A stretch of 64,000 bases of DNA from Podarcis filfolensis. Taxonomy: Eukaryota. Location: assembly GCA_964270895.1 (NCBI GenBank), contig OZ185438.1. The stretch is one strand, 5' to 3'. The position numbers were made by a program, and so were the translations under genes. Each line of letters starts with the position of its first letter. Within the stretch, counting starts at the first letter, position 1. The notes below the pieces were generated by a model, which worked only from the letters and a program-made list of their open reading frames with translations, was not told the DNA's origin and did not search any database. Positions 1 through 14,154 of this stretch are shown here, piece by piece.

Positions 1-704
1 ATCTGAAGAACGTGAACAGCTGCTGCAAAAATTTCAGGCTCCTGCTCTCCTCCTCCCCACCACGGGCTCATATTTTAGGTAACACAGGAAACTTGAAGAA
101 AATGTAAAAGTAATTCAGCTTGTTTATTACTGTTTTCCCCTACAATGCAAATAGTTCCACTAAAGTCTAAAACCTCTTTTTTTTTTTTGGCATCTTAGCA
201 CTGTCATCCTATATACTGCACTGAAGTTAAAATGCAGCCTAAAACTATTCCCTGCTGTCTGCCTTGAACTTGTTCCAAGAGTGTTTATTTTTATATTTTG
301 TGTCTGTTTGCCTTTTTCGTTTCAGCTCTTGGCAGATATTTCTGCTCCTTTTCCCACTGGACATAGCTGCTACAGTCGGATGGCTCGCACGCAATCTTTC
401 CCATGCTTGGGCTTCTGGAGTTGTATAGTAGCTCACAGGCACTTTTAAGGGCACATCTGAACTGGTTATTTGCTAGGGGTCAATGCCTCTAAGCGGCACC
501 TAGAAGACTCTGCCTGCACTATAATGAAGAGCCGACCTGCACCATCCACACTGGCATAATAACCTAAACAAATATGTGTGATGATATTGTACAAGGATTA
601 ACCAAAACACAATGAAAACCCACCACCTGCTACTGTAAGAGGAAGTTGCTTCATAATAAAATTGTTGGAAAGTGCTTGAATATTATAAATCGTATGGTGC
701 AAAA

Positions 705-1054
705 GGCACGCGGGTGGCGCTGTGGGTTAAACCACAGAGCCTAGGACTTGCCGATCAGAAGGTCAGTGGTTCGAATCCCCGCGACGGGGTGAGCTCCTGT
801 TGCTTGGTCCCTGCTCCTGCCAACCTAGCAGTTCGAAAGCACATCAAAGTGCAAGTAGATAAATAGGTACCACTCCGGTGGGAAGGTAAATGGCGTTTCC
901 GTGCGCTGCTCTGGTTCACCAGAAGCGGCTTAGTCATGCTGGCCACATGACCCGGAAGCTGTACACTGGCTCCCTCGGCCAATAAAGCGAGATGAGAACC
1001 GCAATCCCAGAGTTGGCCACGACTGGACCTAATGGTCAGGGGGCCCTTTACCTT
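705..1054 (+). mobile_element. Sauria SINE, full length
   Basis: tRNA-like head (ggtggcgctgtgggttaaacc...ggttcgaatccc) and Bov-B-like tail ending (ACCTTT)n; TSD tatggYgcaaaa at 693-704 and 1055-1066. Confidence 0.92.
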
Positions 1055-3204
1055 TATGGCGCAAAAGGTTACTTACGCACCTACATTTTCTGCATTCACT
1101 TTTTTACACTCACTTTTTCATAGAAAAAAGGTAATGCTAGTCACATTATGATTTTGCAGAATGTGTGCCCTATTTTGCACCTCTTCCCACTATTTCTTGT
1201 AGACTAAGGTAAAACAGAAAATTTCATTCCAGCCCACGATTCTGCTGTCTGGTTTCTCACATAACCATGATCTTCTCAGCAAAAGCCTCAATCATTTCCT
1301 CATTTTGTAGACAAAGTAATGCACTAAATCACTTCTGGAAGAATCAAAACACTGAAAATTGCATACTGTAGTCCAATCCACTCAGTCAAAATGTATTTAA
1401 CCTCTATCTATGTACATTTAATTCCCCTCAACTGTGGTATGAGGCTTCACTGTAGATCCTTCCAGTGTATGTGGTTCTAAGATGTAGAATAAAACTTTCC
1501 TCCCCATATTATTTTAACGAAGGGAGCAGCTATAGCTCTCTGTTCTGTTTTTGAGCAGTGGACAGTTCTTGAGCTACCAGAGTATACCATGGCCCAACTT
1601 CCAACAGAAAAGAACATTGCCTTTGTACTTAGACTGATTCTTAGACTAATTTCCCACACAACAAGCCACTTTCAAGGAAGTTCCTCTTGATAGCTGTCCA
1701 TCACGATGGTTGTGCAATGTGCATCTAGTCTGTAAGAGCAGGTTCTGAACTTAGTCGTTCCGTATTTGGAACACTCTGGTGACATTCTTAGTCAGCAGAG
1801 AGAACTAGCAGAGAGAACTGAGAATTCATAGGTAGCAAGTTGCCTGAAAAGCAAATTTGGGAACTTGGAGCCACAGCTGGTTTCCTGCCCTGTCTGAAAT
1901 TCAGTGGGAAGGTTAATTTGCCTTGTAACTATAAAGGCCTATGGAAGGATAATTTGGGGGGGGATTGCAAACACATGGACGGGGGCAGAAGAGATGCATG
2001 AGGCATGGTGAGAATCAATGGATAGAAAATGCTCACCACTTCATACAACTATCTTTTGAAAGGCCATGGCGAGGGGAGGGGGAGAGGAGGCAGAGTTAGA
2101 GCATACACACAAACGTTTAAGGTCTCCTAACACCTCCACAGATCTTGAGCTGCTGGCAGGGACTCCAGGAGGAAGTGAAGGACTGTAGATGCCTCCATAT
2201 TTCAGGATTCAACTCCCCCACCTCACATTCTAAACCCAAGCTCACAAAAGGCAGCGTTTTAATTATATTATTTATTTAATTTCATTAATTAATTAATAGT
2301 TTATCACGAATGGCATAGAGCCTGGAGCTACGTATGAACAGTGAATGGCAACTTAAATGTCATCTTAGCCATGGACTCGCCAGCTACTGCTGTCTTGTTC
2401 ACCCTCTCCTCATCCGAAGGAAGGGATGGCAATAAAAATTTACCTTACAACAGGGTTTTAAGGACCAATAAGAGGATGTACGTTACAGTGTGCTAAACAC
2501 AAAAAGTTGCAAATATTATACGTTGCATAATACTTTTGGAGGGATTTAATAACAAAACGGCAAATGCTGTGCTTGTGTTGTTACATGCAGTAAAATGTGC
2601 ATTGCATCCCTCTGGAAGCCTCTGGTCAATGGATGTGGCTTTATTAACCAGGTTTAAAAATTATTTATATTTATTTTACTTAAACATATATTACATTGTT
2701 TTAAAATATTTAAGTTAATCTATTATTTTAATTTGCACATGGAATCATCTATGGAGTTTACCAGCCCGCAAGGTCAATAATAAGAATAAGAATAATTTTA
2801 ATTATACCCCGCCCTCCCCAGCCAGGGCTGGGCTCAGGATGGCTAACACCAAATATAAATTACAATAAAATGTAATGGGAGGGAAAACAGTTAATTAAAA
2901 TACGGCTTAAAATGCAGCCTCATTTCAGCAGTAGCCCAGTAGCTAGAGGAACACTAGCTTGACCATAAGGGAAATACTGGCTCAGGGGCAAAATGAACTG
3001 CTCCCTGAATCACAAAATGGGATAACCTGTGTAGTCAACTACAAATTTTACTTTACATCTGACGAGGGATGCTAGAGCAAAATTCTAAAAGGTTTGCAGC
3101 AGTGCTGCACGAACAGCTAGTTAAATCAATTAATCTCATATTTTATAGGTGAGGAACACAGAGTATGAGTGAGAAGCAATTAGCACAAGGCTAGATTTTT
3201 CCTT

Positions 3205-3555
3205 AGGGGACGTGGGTGGCGCTGTGGGTTAAACTACAGAGCCTAGGACTTGCCGATCAGAAGGTCAGCAGTTCGAATCCCCGGGATGGGATGAGCTCCC
3301 GTTGCTCAGTCCCTGCTCCTGCCAACCTAGCAGTTCGAAAGCACGTTAAAGTGCAAGTAGATAAATAGGTACCACTCCGGCGGGAAGGTAAACGGCGTTT
3401 CCGTGCGCTGCTCTGGTTCACCAGAAGCGGCTTATCATGCTGGCCACATGACCAGGAAGCTAAACGCCGGCTCCCTCGGCCAACAAAGCGAGATGAATGC
3501 CGCAACCCCAGAGTCGGTCACGACTGGACCTAATGGTCAGGGGTCCCTTTACCTT
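3205..3555 (+). mobile_element. Sauria SINE, full length
   Basis: Same consensus; perfect 13-bp TSD tagatttttcctt at 3192-3204 and 3556-3568. Confidence 0.93.
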
Positions 3556-4825
3556 TAGATTTTTCCTTGCTTTTCTAGCTGCCCTAGAAGGTTCTGGGGA
3601 GCCTCAGTATCCTGCGGTCCTACTTCATGTCAAGCATAAGATCTAGATCCTTCCTTATCTACCTTCTGCCATCCCTTTCATAGGAAGCTGAAAGTATAAC
3701 TTCAGATACCAATATAGAAAATATATTTTATTTTTGCCTTGGAATTTGTAAATTTCAGGCCAACGTACATCCTCACACATTTATTCTTACTCCTTTATGT
3801 TGCATCCTTTTTATTGGCATTGTATACTATGTTATTTCACCTTACTTGTTTTAAAACAAGCAGTTAAAAAGCTAAGTATAATGATTCATCCTGGATAGGG
3901 GAATGCAAAATGAAGAGAATGGGGGTGTCCTATCCTGCTTTCCCAGGAAGCAATCTCAGGCTGGTACAAAGCACGTCCGTTGCCCCTGGGAGGCTGAAAG
4001 GGTCAAAATAAGATCTCTTGTTTATATGCTCCATTCTCTTGCTGTGGAATAGAAGCCTGACAATTTTTTCCCCTTGATTGCTTCTACTGCGGCTGGACTC
4101 AGTTTCATGCCCTGACCACTCAAGCAACGCTATCCCCTTAAGATGACTTCAAAAAACAGAACACACAAAGTCTCATGATGGGAAAAGCAGTAAAACTAGG
4201 CCGTTGACTATTTTAGTAACTCCACTAGTGCAAAAAAACCAAAAGCAAAAAGATATGCAGGGAAGAACAATCAGATTGAGCTGTCTTGTACACAACTACT
4301 GAAAAAATATTACCAGCTGGCTCATACATAGGGCAGCTTGTGCAGCGGGTCTGCCAGACTAGTTGCCTGCAGAAATAGTTAGCGGCCCTGGGCAAAGAGC
4401 TAATTGCAAGGTTGCTAGAGAATGGTTATTAAAACCACCAACTGCTGCCAAAGCCAGCAGCCGAGGAGACACACATGATAAATGATACAGGAAATTCAGT
4501 AATCCGGCTTGACACATGAGAGAATATCTTCTGTTTATAATATACAAACAAAATTTTCGAGTGTGATATAAGGTGGCTAGAACAAATTAAGAAACCGTAT
4601 TAAAATAACTTCTGAAATAAGCGGGGAACGTGTACAGATTTGTAATCCACCCAAACACACTGGCTTTTTCATTCATTGTTATTTGAGATCCAGTCCATCT
4701 CGAAGTGGTAGCTGGGGAAAGCCTGTGTGAAACCCACAGGAAGTGGCGAGAATAAAAAGCCCATCTGAAAAAGAGCTGAAGGTTATTCAGCTGCATCCAA
4801 TGACAGCTGTTGCTGCAATAAATTA

Positions 4826-5059
4826 CAGTGGTACCTCTGGTTAAGTACTTAATTCGTTCCGGAGGTCCATTCTTAACCTGAAACTGTTCTTAACCTGAAG
4901 CACCACTTTAGCTAATGGGGCCTCCCGCTGCCGCCGGAGCACGATTTCTGTTCTTATTCTGAAGCAAAGTTCTTCACCCGAGGTAATATTACTGGGTTAG
5001 CGGAGTCTGTAACCTGAAGCGTATGTAACCTGAAGCGTATGTAACCCGAGGTACCACTG
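4826..5059. mobile_element. Tc1/mariner (pogo/Tigger-like) MITE, family A
   Basis: TIRs cagtggtacctc...gaggtaccactg, TA target duplication, internal (gtaacctgaa) repeats. Confidence 0.88.
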
Positions 5060-5188
5060 TAGTCCGTTTTGAAAGGTGCCACAGGACTCCTTAGCTATGC
5101 ATAGATTTCAGGAAGATTACTCCCAAATATGCCTAAGATCGTAATTCTACTCTTTGCTGCGAGACCAAACATGGCTGTTCTCTTAGAT

Positions 5189-5539
5189 CAGGAGTCAGCA
5201 ACCTAAGGCCCATGGGCTAGTAGCGGCCCACGAGGTTTGTCTAAAACTGGCCCATGGTGAGCCCTGCCGCCCCCACTCTTACCGGTGTTGTGAGCGACTT
5301 CCGGGTTGACCCAGATGTGCGCCGGAAATAGCGTGTGCACACGCATGTGGGACGCAGAAGCACTCGTGTGAATGCACACACACTATTTCTGGCGAACTTC
5401 CGGGTCGGAGCGCAGGAAATAGTGTGTGCGCACGCATGCTCCTCCAACTCAGAAGAGCGTGCGTGTGCCCACACTCCGGCCCATCCTTGGACGGACGAGC
5501 ATCGGCCGGCCCATCCTCTGATAAGGTTGCTGGCCTCTG
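5189..5539. mobile_element. non-autonomous hAT element
   Basis: TIRs caggagtcagcaacct / aggttgctggcctctg; 8-bp TSD tcttagat / tcttagaa. Confidence 0.8.
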
Positions 5540-6156
5540 TCTTAGAAGCTTTCAAAGTTACTTCGATGAAGAAGCCAGAAGCAAAGGAGAACTTAACTGA
5601 GATAACTTTTACACAGTCTGCTCGCATGTAGAATACACACTGCAATATTGGAATTTCATTTGTATTAAGGAAATAATTCTAGTCGAAACAAAACAAAACC
5701 AAGAAAATTGTATTAACAATCCAACTCAATTAAAACTTTCATGTGAATATTTTGTTTTGACCTCAGGTGCATCGGCATAGTTAAGATCTTGTTTTGCGAA
5801 ATAATTTATAGGCTCCGAAAAGTTGCTGTAGAAGCTTTTAACAGAACCTCTACCTGCATTCAAATGTTTTTGAAGTATAAAATGACACCAAAAGTTCCAT
5901 TTGCATTTCTCCTTTAAGATGTACTGCACATCATATACTAGATTGGTTTGCTCTGTTTTTCTCTGCCTGTGCATATAACAAATATATTTATATATTAGTT
6001 TTAACCAATATAAGGTATTCTGAGATGTAGGTCACTTTCTTTAGCATAAGAGAAATGGTCACTTTCCATACTATTTCATAAGACCTGCACGATACACTGC
6101 AAAATCGAAATACAGCACTTTGCAAAATTTCAGATTGTGAAATGAGTGCCACTTAC

Positions 6157-6878
6157 CGAAGATTCGCTGTCTCTGACAAGGAAGTCCCCTTCCGCTCCCC
6201 GTTCGTTTAGAGCACATTCTGCCTGATGCCGAGTAACATTCCCATAATACCATTCTCTTCCTGCAAACCGTCCTGTAGTAGAGGGCCCTGTGTAGCTTAT
6301 CGGAGGCGGGTGGGAACTGTTACTTGTAGGGCCATCACTTAAGATTACTACATAGTTTTTCGGAACGAGGCCAATTTGCCCTCGGGAATTTTTACATTTC
6401 CACCATTCCGGATCATTCTCAGGTTTCTCTATCACTTCCATGGTTTCGCCTTTCTCGAAGTTGAGCTCTTCTTCTGTGACAGAACTGAAGGGGTACAATG
6501 TCTGAACAACGTGAAGTACTTTCATGGCTTGGCCATTGCTCATGGAGGCTCCCTTCCTCAAGCTGAGAAAACTCGGCGAATCGGCAGTTGCTTCCTCGAC
6601 TTCTTCTACCACGTAGTTTGAAGGAAACCATCCAATTTGTCCGTTGTAACTCCCTCTCCACCAGCCATCGCTGCACTTTTCCATAACAATGACTCGGGAT
6701 CCTTTCACGAGAGAGAGTTCATCTTCCCTTTCTGCCACATAGGCAAATTTAACGTACGCTGGGATGTTCAGATCGTAAATCCGATCGGCGTTGCTACCGT
6801 TAGACGGGTACTCTGCATCAGTACTAGGGGTCGGTGAGGCGTCTCTGGCACTTGTCTTCCGCTTTGTTTTCCCCAAAC
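6157..6878 (-). CDS. NCK2: NCK adaptor protein 2, internal coding exon (722 nt; linker, SH3-2, SH3-3, N-terminal part of SH2)
   Basis: ORF 6130-6927 encodes [23 protein letters not shown]...[23 protein letters not shown]...[19 protein letters not shown]...RDSESS, which is the NCK2 sequence. Acceptor ttttttaacag|GT at 6879/6878 and donor TCG|gtaagt at 6157/6156. The phase-1 start fits the upstream exon; 226+722=948 nt is a whole number of codons. Confidence 0.97.
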
Positions 6879-8013
6879 CTGTTAAAAAAATAAAATAAAA
6901 GTTTCTAAAAAGCATTAAACAAAACATGGTTAAACACGTTGCAAACTTTGCATGAGAAATCAGGTTGGCAAAAACAGAACTCCACAGCGCCCTCTGGTGT
7001 CACCGTGTTAGAATGCATAAATAACACACATAAAATGTTTTTTCTTTGCCAATGTAGTCGAGTCCTAGATGTGTCAACAAAATAATGAAGACATAGAGGA
7101 ATTGTTCTATGATGCCAGAAAACTGCCAGAGGGGGAAAAAGTAACTTTTTAAGAAGCTTCTTTTCTTCTCAGAAGGGTAGCTACTAAATGAAGCTTTGAT
7201 GTGCCCTTTCAGTGCATTTCTTTCCGAAGTCACTAGAAAATGAATACACACAGAACTGTTGGCAGCATAGAACAGGAAATTACTCTTTTTATAACCAGTT
7301 AGTATTGCATTGTGGGATTAACAATTCTTTAAAAATGCAACCAACCGATTTTCAATCCATTTTAGTTGCAGAGAAAGAAGTTGAAACAAGGTACCAAAAG
7401 TTGCTTGTCTAAAGGTTCTGTGTGGTTCCCATTAACGTTCAAACTGATTCCACTGCAATTTCATAGAATAAAAACCATTTAAATCAAGAAATGGTGTGAT
7501 CATGCACAATACGTATACAAAATTATTTGTGCACATTTTATTGGTGAATTTTGACACTAAAATATGTACATGACCTACATTGTGACATGCACTGAATTCG
7601 TACAACTTGCTAATGTGCAGCCAAACTGAGATCTCAGTTGCAGAGTACAGCAGTAGGGCAATTCACTAGGTATGGTTCTGGATAAGAGTCAACACAGGAT
7701 AGTCAATGTCACAGCATTTCAGATTTTAGAGGTACAGTGCACCTAATAATCTCCTATTTTGCTTTTAGTTGTGTCTGATCTGCAGCAGCCAAAGGAGCTC
7801 ACAATTACTTAAAATAAAATAAAACCCACAGGAGTGCAATGTTTTGAAGCACAACACTTTCAAAACCTGCAACAGAGTACCAAGGTATTTATTAAACAGC
7901 TAGCAGCATAAAGAGTAATACAACCTTCACCAGCTCAAACAATAATATTAAATTCAAATGTTAATGTGATAAAGATCTAACACAGGAACTATTCTTTAAT
8001 GCTCCCTGTACGT

Positions 8014-8015
<2 letters not shown>

Positions 8016-8053
<38 letters not shown>
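8016..8053. repeat. (AC)n microsatellite
   Basis: Pure AC run of about 19 units. Confidence 0.95.
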
Positions 8054-8056
<3 letters not shown>

Positions 8057-10699
8057 ATTTTGCTTGTAAACCTCTGAAGGTAGTGAACTTCATTATGGAA
8101 TTTCAATTAGGTTGCAGGCTCAGTTTATCTGGGACAAGCAGAATTCAAGCGCTGTTTGGGATTTCAGCTGTGGAAAAACAAGGACAACACATAGAAAAAA
8201 AACCACTCAGCCATAATCTTACACATATATTTGGACTACAACTAGAGTGAGAAAGAATCCGACCCCTCCCCAGCCTTTCAGTGTGATACAGGATCTAGTT
8301 AAAGGGTTTTGGTTAACATAAAGGAAATAATTCTGATATGAGCAGACAAAAACACAAGGTATTTTAAAAATAAATCCTATTCTAAACAGTTGTCTCTCGC
8401 ACATGCCATTTTGGGTTGACTACATCACTGCTTAATTACACACCGAAAATAGTTCAAGTTAAACGCCTGTCTAGGGGTAGCTGAACATACCTGATGCATT
8501 CTGGCAGATTATTCACCTAAATGGCATAAACAAAAATCTGCTGTACCAAACCCAAGTTGAAACTGCAGCAGGAGGAATGGGGTGGGTGGGAATGACACAC
8601 AAGGATGCTTGTCAAATTAATCTACGGAGCTTCAAGTGTCACATTAACTAAATGAGGAAAATGTGATTCCTCCCGATACGTTCCACAGCTAACTCCCTTT
8701 CCCATCTTTCCGTGTGCTTATCTAAAGAACTGTAACTAAAGACTTCCCTCTAGCCTAAAAGTCAGTGGCCATGCAAGCTGGCAAAGTGACAGCAAAGAAA
8801 CCAAGCTATTGTGGTGTGTGATACAATTGCAGGAAAACAGTACTTCAGTCTGCAGTAGAAGCTGGCCACGGTCTGATCTATGATGAAAACTTCCCGACCG
8901 CCACTGAACAATGTCTTGTGTATCAACATACACAGCACTATTAAAAGGAACCAGAGATGGTAACTGGAGAAATATTACTATCAAGAGAATGGGTAGTAAT
9001 TGGACAAAGTACATATCTCAGGTTAATGACCTCATTATTTCCGCACTCAATGGCAGTGACTAAGCCATTTTCCACTTCAATGTACACTTCTAGCAATTAA
9101 GATTTCCAAATATTTATAACAAGTCCCTTCTAACAACAGTGAGAGAGTGCAATTAACATCAGGAACCAGCCTAAACCAACAAGAAAAACCCATGAACCAA
9201 TTTCAACAAAACAAGGCACTTGATATGTTCCAGTAACTAACAATTCAATAGTGAAATAATGCTTGAATTGAAGATTGCAACCTACCTTCTATTAAATGCC
9301 TCAACATCTGCAAACATTTGACCACTGTGAGAACTACGGTACTTTTTAAACTTTTCAACATGGAAGAGAAGGAAGGAAACTCACTGCTTGTAAAGATTTA
9401 TGCAATACTAGCAAAATGCTCAACGTTCTGACAAGCAGAGCAAGAGTTAAGAACCAGAGACCTAGCATACTGCAAGGACCATGGTGGGATTCTGGTCAGC
9501 TCTGATGGGACCACATACTGTCATGGAAGGGAATGCAGCCCATGGCCATGTTTGCTTCTGTATTACAAATAAAAGGTCAACATTTAACTGAACTGGGAGC
9601 AGATACATTCAATAAAAATTCATGAAAGCTTATAACAAATTACGTTTCTTAGTACTGAATCTTCTCACGAATAAAGTTTCAAATACATTACAATACTGGT
9701 TTAGAATTTGGCATTCAGGAGTCATAATATCTGAAATGGGTTGCTGTCAGGAGCACCATTCAAAATTTGCCAGGTGCATTTTGCACCTGGCTATCAGCCA
9801 CTTGTGACCAAGTGAAGATGCCCAGGCGCCATGATGCGCCTGACATATCCACCATCTGGAGGTGCGTGCCTGGGGATCCTTGGATCTTGACTGTTTTCAC
9901 ACACTAGCAACACATCCAGTAGAATTCTATCCATGGTATTTTATCTGCCCAATCAGAATGAATTTCAGGAACCAAAAAGTTGTACTGGAAAATAGGACTT
10001 TTGAGCCGTCTGGTCCCCAAATGGCAACTAGACATTCCGTTTTGGCGACCGTAACCCTGGTTTAAGGAGCCATTTGGCACCTAGCTTATATATCGGAGTT
10101 TCTAACACTGGTCGAGAGTCAGTGTCTCCTGCTCAAGTCCCCCCCTCCAAAACAAACAAACAAACCCATCTCAGCAGCACTGACATAGCTGGCAACATTC
10201 AGCACTATGAAGAAATCTGTACTTTTCATTCCATATATTTTGGCAGAAGATAAAGATACCTGTTTCTGCAGACTTATGCCATTTTTTAATTATAGTTTGC
10301 AACACTCGATTTGCAATGAAAGCAGGTTTATACCAAGCCTTCACATGTTTCTGCACATTCACAGGCTCTGCTGATTAGCTACTTCATTTCAGCAATTTAA
10401 ACTCTTGGTATTCTCTGGATGAAGGAGCAGAAATGCTGAAAGCAGTGGCTCTTCTGTTAGCGTACACTCCCCGGTATTTTATCTGTTATATAGGAGAGAG
10501 GCTGGCCAGCTGTTTTATTACTGAGTCATAGTTTTGGGTCATACAAGTCGGTACTGTCAGTTAATTGCAGAAGTTATTTGCCGAATATGGTGATTAGGAA
10601 TAGACTTTCCCCAAATGCAATTCAATACGTAAAATTCCAAAAAGAAACTGCTGGAAGGAAATCAGCGAAAGGTACTTTATACTTGGGCACCCAGCAACA

Positions 10700-10900
10700 A
10701 AACCGGCTCAAGGAACACCCCAATTTGCAAACTTGGTCCATGAGAAGTGCACAGCCATCACAAACAGATGGAATACCATCTCTCCGAATCTGTGAACTGT
10801 TTACCCACAGAAACTCCAGATTGTTAGACCTGAGTTTCCCATTACTGACCATCATCCAGCTTTGCATTATTATTTTTTTAACAAAGTCCAGACTTCCAGC
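10700..10900 (-). mobile_element. degenerate L2 LINE ORF2 fragment
   Basis: Minus ORF 10622-10867 contains WMMVSNGKLRSNNLEFLWVNSSQ...DGCALLMDQVCKLG, resembling the L2 RT motif WM..NKLKLN..KTE.L...LDGV.L...QVRSLG. Boundaries are approximate. Confidence 0.5.
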
Positions 10901-11700
10901 ACTTCACCTAATTCTGATGTCAGCCAAATCCCCAATATCTGAAAGTACAAATGACAAGCGGAGGGTACCCCACAGCAGAAGCGTCAAGCAGGAAATGAAG
11001 CAAAAAATCTCTTCTGGAAACAGCTCTGCAAGTTAAGAATGGAACAACTATATCACCATGTCCCAAACTTCCAAATCACAGAGCCAATTCAGAAACTTAT
11101 AATCACTAGATGGTATGGTATCAAAAGCCACAGCTGGACCACACTCCCCCATCCCTTTTCCCAGCATTGTCCAGCCATTAGGGGAAGGGGTGGGGAACTG
11201 TTTTAAGGCAGAAAGCTGTTGGGGGGGCACATTTCAGTAATTGGCAAGGCTGGCTCCAAACATGAAATGCTATTTTCCACAGAAACAAAGCCCTATATTT
11301 AATTCTTAGTAACTCCACTCAAGTTTCACCTTCCCTTTTCTCCACAGATTTCTTTTAAAACTCAGTTTGGGTGATGGAGTCCCCCCCCCCAGTTGGGGGC
11401 CCTTTCTCAATCCTGACAGGATTAAAGACAAATATAAACTCCATATTCCACGAAGCAGCGTGTAACGTGCAGCTGAACTGCAAGCCCTGCTTTACAAATG
11501 TTCAAAGCCTCCAACTCTGCAAATGCAATTGTATCCAGAAAAAAGTGCATGCTTGCAGCTGAAAAGTGCATGGATGGTTTTTGCATATTTTGCATATCTC
11601 TTGCTGAGGTATTTCCCATCTTTGGGGTAGCAAATAAAATGTTATATGCTGACAATATTTTAACCAGAGTGATTCTACTACTTAGGAGTATAATTCCTCC

Positions 11701-12123
11701 GATGTATGGAAGTGAGAGCTGGACCATAAAGAAGGCTGATCGCCGAAGAATTGATGCTTTTGAATTATGGTGCTGGAGGAGATTCTTGAGAGTCCCATGG
11801 ACTGCAAGAAGATCAAACCTCTCCATTCTGAAGGAAATCAGCCCTGAGTGCTCACTGGAAGGACAGATCCTGAAGCTGAGGCACGAATACTTTGGCCACC
11901 TCATGAGAAGAGAAGACTCCCTGTAAAAGACCCTGATGTTGGGAAAGATGGAGGGCACAAGGAGAAGGGGACGAGAGAGGACGAGATGGTTGGACAGTGT
12001 TCTCGAAGCTACCAGCATGAGTTTGACCAAACTGCGGGAGGCAGTGGAAGACAGGCGTGCCTGGCGGGCTCTGGTCCAGGGGGTCACGAAGAGTCGGACA
12101 TGACTAAACGTCTAAACAACAAC
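11701..12123 (+). mobile_element. Bov-B (RTE) LINE, 5'-truncated 3' fragment
   Basis: Encodes MYGSESWTIKKADRRRIDAFELWCWRRFLRVPWTARRSNLSILKEISPECSLEGQILKL; ends in (AAC)n; perfect 11-bp TSD ataattcctcc at 11690-11700 and 12124-12134; premature stop at 11924-11926. Confidence 0.93.
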
Positions 12124-13908
12124 ATAATTCCTCCCTCCCCTCAGAAAAAAATGGGCCAGTTGGCTCACACAGCTTTTGCGGCAAAACATCAACTACTTAA
12201 TGGAACAGTTGTGAAACTGGCAGTTTCTGTTTTGTTCTCTTGTTAGACACATGTATAAACCAGGCACTTATACAGGTCACTTACTTGCAACACTAAGTCT
12301 ACAGTCCTACCCATCCTTACCACTGGTATACTTCTGAGTAAACATGGACACAATTATGCTCTAGGTTTCCTGAAGACATAGAAGTTACTGGACAAAACAG
12401 CTTTTCTATGCCATTTGGAAAAGTAAATGTCACTGCTATTTGGTTGACAATAGAAATGGTCATAATTTGAACGATAAGAAGCAGAACACATCACCTATTG
12501 TGTTCTATTTATAACGGTTGATATCAGGAGTCGTCTTTTTGTCTCTGGTTAATGCTTTTACAGGGGAAAGTAGGGAATGACTCAAAGGGCATTTAATCCC
12601 TTTAAAGGCACAAGATGTCAATGGAATAGGTTAGTATGTCCAATTGTTATCCTTAAAAAAAACCCACCTTCAGTGACATCTTAAACTCTGCAGGGAGTGA
12701 AGGGCAAATAATACACAGACAGGATCAGGCTGAATTCTCCATAGCTTGTTTTGTCCCATGAAACCTAATTGAAACAGGCTGCAATTGACAGGACTCTTGC
12801 AAAATCGCTCCCACTAAGGAACTGGGATTACCAAGTTTAGTTCCCATTTCAAGAAGTGGTGCTCTGCATGTGGTAGCAAATCTTGTTTATCATGCCCAAA
12901 ATAAAGTAGGCTGGGCTCTATAGAAAGAAGCGAGATGGCCCAATATTTCTCTGGTGCAGAAGAAATTTTCTCTCTTTTCTCCCTCTGAAATAGACATATC
13001 TTCCAGCAACCACTTCTTCATTCTATACTCTCCCCATGACTGAAGGCATTTTGCTAGCTTTGTTAAAAAAAAAAATCGGGAACAATTGTCCTTGGCTTGC
13101 TTGAATTATTAGGCTTACTTTATTATACTATTTTAAACAAACAAAAATTAAAATGGAAAGGGAACTTGTGGTGCGTGAGGGAGAGCAGTTTCAATAGCCA
13201 GACCACTATTCTGAGCTTAGATGCGGAAAGAGAGAATTAGCTTATGTAACCTCAGTCAGGGAAAAGTCGCTTCGAAATTCTTCAAAAAGCTGTTTGCATA
13301 TGGTATTCAGTATTTGACAGTTTATCATGCTACACTCCATAAATAGAATTGCGTGTTTTATATCAGGCAACCATAACTTCCAAAAATGTCATCATTAACT
13401 ACCATACCAAGCGATCGAGAGACTGGCATGCTTAATCATCTCTTTATTATTTTCTGCAGGGCTTTTACTGCATCTGGTTGTAGGGGGCACAGGGACACAC
13501 ACACACAAGAAACAAAAGCTGGAACAAGCAGAGGAGGAGTCCCAGATTTAACATGTTGCTATTTCTGTAAATCAGGCTGATTTAATGTCATGTCACAACT
13601 TCGTTGATCTATAAGCAGATTCCCGCCTCACCTTCCATTGTTCACATAGCAGCTACAACACAACATTTAATGTTGGGCCCCCAAAGTCTAGAGCAGATGA
13701 TGTTTTGGGATAAAGTTTGCTGTTGGATGATAGACAGATGGATAGATAACAAACTTTACAATTAAAGATCCTTAAGGCTATGATTGACTGTGATGGCTGT
13801 CACTGGTTTACAGATATTATATTAGCCATTTTGATTTAACAAACCTGAAAACAATTTGTATAAAGCTATGTGGATTAGAGCGGTTCATTAAAAAGTCTTT
13901 TTGAAAAA

Positions 13909-14154
13909 GCCTGCTCCAAAGGTCTTACCTTACTACACTAGGGATTATATAGCTATATCTGAAATTTCATGCATATCAGTTAATATCTTGACCCTCCTCC
14001 ACGAAAATAGCTGTTTACTTGGCTGTTTTCCTATGTCATGAAGGCTGAAATTTCAATTCAGTGGAGCAGGGTAAAGATATTAACTGATATGCATGAAATT
14101 TCAGATATAGCTATATAATTCCTAGTGTAGTAAGACAAGACCTTTGGAGCAGGC
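13909..14154. repeat. long inverted repeat (94-bp arms, 58-bp spacer), unclassified foldback/MITE-like
   Basis: 13909-14002 is the reverse complement of 14061-14154 with 5 mismatches by manual comparison; imperfect A/T-rich extension to about 13884/14183. Confidence 0.85.

Noticed and set aside
245-454. Minus-strand ORF as a possible last NCK2 exon
   Set aside because: No similarity to the expected SH2 C-terminus (PSDFSVSLKA...KHFKV); that exon must lie beyond position 1.
755-982. Recurrent ORFs reading MTKPLLVNQSSARKRHLPS...RTARLAGAGT (also 3257, 21596, 27661, 37739, 51811, 56086)
   Set aside because: They are translations of Sauria SINE copies, not a gene family.
4826-5059. Internal (gtaacctgaagcgtat) tandem units as a CRISPR-like array
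   Set aside because: Eukaryotic MITE subterminal repeats with no unique spacers and no cas genes.
4760-5095. Penelope-like words (aataaat...aaggtgccacaggactcc) interrupted by the MITE at 4826
   Set aside because: Possibly an old PLE remnant, but too degenerate to call, and no intact hammerhead core.
6879-6927. N-terminal extension [16 protein letters not shown] of ORF 6130-6927, and read-through ends of both NCK2 ORFs
   Set aside because: Intronic sequence (polypyrimidine tract or post-donor) that happens to be open.
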